Below, piece after piece: positions 60,856-64,000 of a stretch of 64,000 nt of DNA (position 1 is the first letter of the stretch; every line of letters begins with the position of its first letter). The notes below the pieces were generated by a model. The model worked only from the letters and a program-made list of their open reading frames with translations. It was not told the origin of the DNA and ran no database searches. This DNA comes from Acidimicrobiia bacterium (GTDB lineage Bacteria; Actinomycetota; Acidimicrobiia; Spongiisociales; JAHEDJ01): positions 1 through 64,000 of the forward strand of contig JARGFH010000013.1 of assembly GCA_029210695.1 (NCBI GenBank), read 5' to 3'. The translations under genes were made by a program, and so were the position numbers.

Positions 60856-61368
60856 TCAGGGCAGGCGTTCGATTATGCCTCTGAGGTAGCGAGCCTGGCC
60901 GGCGTGCTGGAGATTGTCGCTGATGACGCTGACCAGGCGGACACCGACCGACACGGGCGGATCGTAGGAGTGGTCGATGATGCGATCGAGTTCTGATTCG
61001 TCGGCGCCTGCCAGGTATTCCATAGTGCGATCCATCACGGCTGAGTGATAGGCGACAAGCGCCTCCACCGAGATCGGAACCACCGCGGCCACATCGTCAG
61101 GGCCGTCACCGTATCCCGTCTCCGTGACCCCCCGGTTGATGCCGGTCCGTTCGGTCCAGCCCGGATCAGCCCACACCTGATCCGTGCCGGCGATCTCGGA
61201 GAGGTGATCGTCCTGGACACGGCTCAAGTGCCACACCAGCCAGGCAATTGAGTTGGAGCCCGACTCGGGCCTATAGATCAGGCCGGTCGGATCAAGGCCC
61301 TCGCTCGCGACTCCAACCAACTCCCGGATGCGCCGGTACGCCTCGATCAGCAGTGCACTCGTGTCCAT
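60856..61368 (-). CDS. DinB/mycothiol transferase (DUF664-like) protein
   Basis: NSIAWLVWHL, RLVSVISDNLQHAGQA. Confidence 0.88.
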   Translation of the reverse strand: MDTSALLIEAYRRIRELVGVASEGLDPTGLIYRPESGSNSIAWLVWHLSRVQDDHLSEIAGTDQVWADPGWTERTGINRGVTETGYGDGPDDVAAVVPISVEALVAYHSAVMDRTMEYLAGADESELDRIIDHSYDPPVSVGVRLVSVISDNLQHAGQARYLRGIIERLP

Positions 61369-61482
61369 GTTTCTGCCTCCTGTGGAATCTCCGATCAGTC
61401 CAGTCAACCATGCGTCGGTCGCGGGCGGCGCACGCCCGGATCGTTTCGCCTCCAACCCTGCTCGGCCGAGCTCACCCGTCCT

Positions 61483-61516
61483 AGAGCGGGCAGGCCCGAG
61501 AAATCCTGCCCGCTCT
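61483..61516. repeat. Inverted repeat AGAGCGGGCAGG…CCTGCCCGCTCT
   Basis: 12-bp arms with a 10-nt loop. Confidence 0.55.
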
Positions 61517-61557
61517 CTATCTTGAAGTCATGCTGATCAGCAGTTGCGCCCCCTGCA

Positions 61558-62346
61558 ATGCACGACGGATTCCTGCAGTGGGACGAGTCGTGTTTGACCC
61601 CAGGAATGCTCCTCGCAGGCTTCCGGGGAAGGACGTCTCTGTCTGGCAGGCTGACACTCACGTATGCCCCTCAGAGCTCTCCAGAGGAGATCCAAGCCTC
61701 CACGAGATCACCTCTCAAGGTAACGTGTGGCGATGCGCGGGCGGTTGCAGTGGGGATTCTCTTGGGAGTCTTCTGCGGGATCGCAAACGGTTGGCCGGTC
61801 GCGTCGACCCTCGCCCAAATGGCGACACCGTGGATCGGGGTTGCCGCATTCGTTGCCTATCGAGCGGCAGGAAGCAGCAAGCAGGCGGCGATGCTGGGAG
61901 CGGTCGCGTTGCTGGCTGCCAATGTCGCCTACTTCGCGGTTGGAGTAGCCGCTCGGGGCTCTTCAGGTCTTCCCTTTCTGGGCGGGATCGGTTTCTTCGC
62001 ATTGTGGACGACCGTCGGATTGCTCATAGGGCCGGTAACCGGGGTATTTGGATGGCGGCTGGCCGAGCATCGCACGGCGTTCACTGCGGTCGTGACTGTG
62101 GCCACCGTCTTGATGGCTGAGCCCTTGGCATTGTGGGTTCACGTCGACCACTTCGATTCCCACTTGGCGTGCCTCAGTGTTGCAGCCGCCGGCCTGGCGC
62201 TTCCGTTGATCTGGTTCCGTCGACAGTGGCGTCAGGCTGCGAAAGGGGTGGCCCTGGTGCTCGTCCTGGCTTACCCGGCGGCGGTGATTCTCGAGGCGGC
62301 CCTGATTGCACTCCGTCAGATCTCTGCCCCGATGAGACTCATTTGA
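61558..62346 (+). CDS. Multi-pass membrane protein (DUF6518-like); true start unclear
   Basis: About 6 TM segments; 'PW…AF', 'AYF', 'W..VG…GP..G..G'. Confidence 0.6.
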   Translation: MHDGFLQWDESCLTPGMLLAGFRGRTSLSGRLTLTYAPQSSPEEIQASTRSPLKVTCGDARAVAVGILLGVFCGIANGWPVASTLAQMATPWIGVAAFVAYRAAGSSKQAAMLGAVALLAANVAYFAVGVAARGSSGLPFLGGIGFFALWTTVGLLIGPVTGVFGWRLAEHRTAFTAVVTVATVLMAEPLALWVHVDHFDSHLACLSVAAAGLALPLIWFRRQWRQAAKGVALVLVLAYPAAVILEAALIALRQISAPMRLI

Positions 62347-62514
62347 GCCAACGCATATCGACGCCGATCGAATCATCACCGACTCCTCGAACCGGGAGTA
62401 TGTCGTCGATCCCGGATATTGGGTTGGCACTTTCCGTGATGGCGGCCAACAGCGATGGTGAGGCCGCCGCCCCCGCCGAAAGGCTGCAGCCCCTGCAAAT
62501 ACAGGGACTTCCGG

Positions 62515-62559
62515 TGGTCGGACTGGGGAGGTTTGAACTCCCGACCTCTTGACCCCCAG
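62515..62559 (-). tRNA. 3' half of tRNA-Pro(GGG) only (att-site duplication, not a functional tRNA)
   Basis: The minus strand reads CTGGGGG-TCAAG-AGGTC-GGGAG-TTCAAAC-CTCCC-CAGTCCG-ACCA. The D arm and 5' acceptor strand are absent. Confidence 0.88.
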
Positions 62560-62762
62560 ACGGGATCAGGGGGTGTCGGCGACCTGGCGATTCGGCGTTT
62601 TCTGCCTTCTGACCTGGGCTTTGACTGCTCATTGACTTTCATCGTTTTGCAGCGTTATTCATTCTCCCGCGGACTTTTCGCGGACTCTTGACACTTGAGC
62701 GGTATCGGACTCCGACCGAATGGCGATTCCCGGTCTCTCGTATTCGTCATGTAGGCCTGGTA

Positions 62763-62788
62763 TCCTTACGTCGCCTGATTAGTAAGGA
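62763..62788. promoter_or_regulatory. TA operon operator palindrome TCCTTAC-N12-GTAAGGA
   Basis: Inverted repeat overlapping the RBS of the antitoxin gene. Confidence 0.65.
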
Positions 62789-62797
62789 GCTACCCGA

Positions 62798-63046
62798 GTG
62801 GATCTCGCAGCCAAAGTCACATCGAAGGGCCAGATCACCATCCCCAAAGAAGTCCGGGAAGCGCTCGGTATAACCGAAGGCGACCAGATCGTATTCAGGG
62901 TGGAACAGCACCGCGCCATGCTCGCGAAGACCCCCAACCTCCTGGACCTCGCCGGCGCAGTAGACGTACCGACTGCCAAACGAGGAGTGGCCTGGGACGA
63001 GGTGCGACGCAGCACCCGGCAGGCCCGCGCTGAGGCGCGTCAGTGA
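62798..63046 (+). CDS. AbrB/MazE/SpoVT family antitoxin
   Basis: KVTSKGQITIPKEVREALGITEGD. Confidence 0.93.
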   Translation: MDLAAKVTSKGQITIPKEVREALGITEGDQIVFRVEQHRAMLAKTPNLLDLAGAVDVPTAKRGVAWDEVRRSTRQARAEARQ

Positions 63047-63435
63047 CGGCCTTCGTCGACACCAACGTCCTGATTAGACATCTGACCGGCGACCCTCCCG
63101 AGATGGCAGCACGCGCCACCGCCTTCCTAGCGGGAGCGGACGAGTTGCTCCTCCCCGACCTCATCGTTGCTGAGGTCGTCTACGTGCTCGAGTCCTACTA
63201 CGAGGTACCCACCGACGAGGTAGCCCGGTTGGTGCGCTCCGTGATCGCGTTCCCTCCCATCCGGACAATGGATCCCGCTCTGCTGCTACGGTCGCTCGAG
63301 GTGTACGAGACCCATCGGATCGACTTCGCCGAGGCGTACCTCGTCGCATCAGCCGAGGCCGCCGGAATAACCGACATCATCTCCTTCGACCGCAGCATCG
63401 ACCGCGTGACAACCGCCAACCGGATCGAACCCTGA
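63043..63435 (+). CDS. vapC: PIN-domain (VapC) toxin
   Basis: FVDTNVL, VAEV, DFAEA, SFDR; GTGA overlap with the antitoxin. Confidence 0.92.
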   Translation: MTAFVDTNVLIRHLTGDPPEMAARATAFLAGADELLLPDLIVAEVVYVLESYYEVPTDEVARLVRSVIAFPPIRTMDPALLLRSLEVYETHRIDFAEAYLVASAEAAGITDIISFDRSIDRVTTANRIEP

Positions 63436-63454
63436 CCGAGCGCCGAAGTGCCTG

Positions 63455-63670
63455 ATAGGTCTGTAGGTACGTTGCGGGAGTTTGTTCCGTAGCGTTGCAG
63501 GGGTCCCGGCGGGTGTGGCTCTCGAGGTGCCTGCCACCCGTTGGGTTGGCTTTCGAACGAGCTGACCTGCCTGCCGGGATCTTTGCTGGCGGTGTGGCTC
63601 GAAACAGGCGTAGCACCCAATCCGTATCGGGAGTGCCCACCGTCAGGTCCACCGACCCCGAGACACGAGG
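63455..63670 (+). ncRNA. IS110 left non-coding end; candidate bridge RNA
   Basis: About 220 nt of non-coding, highly pairable sequence directly 5' of an IS110 recombinase. Confidence 0.6.
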
Positions 63671-63679
63671 AGGTGTGTG

Positions 63680-64000
63680 ATGTCGGTGATTATTGGAGTG
63701 GACCCCCACAAAGGATCGCATGCGGCTGCGGCTGTGGATGCGGGTGAGGTAGCGGTGGCTGAAATCGAGGTGCGTGCCACTCGGAGCCAGACCAACGAGC
63801 TGCTGGGATGGGCAGAGCGGTTCCCTGCTCGGCGGTGGGCGATCGAGTCCGCCAACGGGCATGGCTATCTGCTGGCCCAACAGCTGATTGCCGCTGGGGA
63901 GCACGTGGTCGATGTGCCCTCCACCCTGTCTGCCCGAGTCCGGGTACTGGACTCGACCCGGTCGCAGAAGAACGACCCGAATGACGCTCGGGCGGTGGCG
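63680..64000 (+). CDS. IS110 family transposase/recombinase, N-terminal part (runs off the window)
   Basis: Manual translation: MSVIIGVDPHKGSH…WAIESANGHG…QKNDPNDARAVA (RuvC-like DEDD residues); GAGGAGG RBS. Confidence 0.93.
   Translation, partial: MSVIIGVDPHKGSHAAAAVDAGEVAVAEIEVRATRSQTNELLGWAERFPARRWAIESANGHGYLLAQQLIAAGEHVVDVPSTLSARVRVLDSTRSQKNDPNDARAVA

Larger units (their letters stand above)
62560..64000. mobile_element. End of a tRNA-Pro-integrated genomic island (continues beyond the window)
   Basis: tRNA fragment boundary, CGCGGACT direct repeats at 62668 and 62679, TA pair and IS cargo. Confidence 0.7.

Noticed and set aside
62515..62595. Intact tRNA-Pro gene
   Set aside because: The 5' half cannot form the acceptor, D or anticodon stems.

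Overview
High-GC actinobacterial chromosome segment. The gene content and order suggest class Acidimicrobiia, but this is an inference. Most of the window is housekeeping or catabolic: a cytochrome c oxidase assembly cluster (SURF1, SCO, PCuAC, cytochrome c, CtaG), a sugar ABC transporter divergent from DeoR-galT-galK, a heme/B12-type ABC transporter, ppk2, rnhB, the gcvT-gcvPA-gcvPB and gcvH-FHA-MerR-DUF151-MerR cluster, an Opp/Dpp ABC operon and an SBP/vWA operon. Both ends are mobile. On the left is a truncated ISL3 with additional IS ends. On the right is a 3' half of tRNA-Pro(GGG) marking an integration site, followed by an AbrB-VapC toxin-antitoxin pair and an IS110 whose transposase is not in the ORF track. 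The most notable non-coding signals are: (i) a 28-bp XerC/D dif site at 10409-10436, next to a small putative DNA-binding gene bracketed by three related palindromes; (ii) the IS110 left end, a bridge-RNA candidate containing a 10/11 match to the adjacent flank; (iii) a CsoR-type operator between trxA and the copper-chaperone operon; (iv) a structured leader before the Fe/B12 transporter operon. All calls come from reading motifs by eye; no searches were run.
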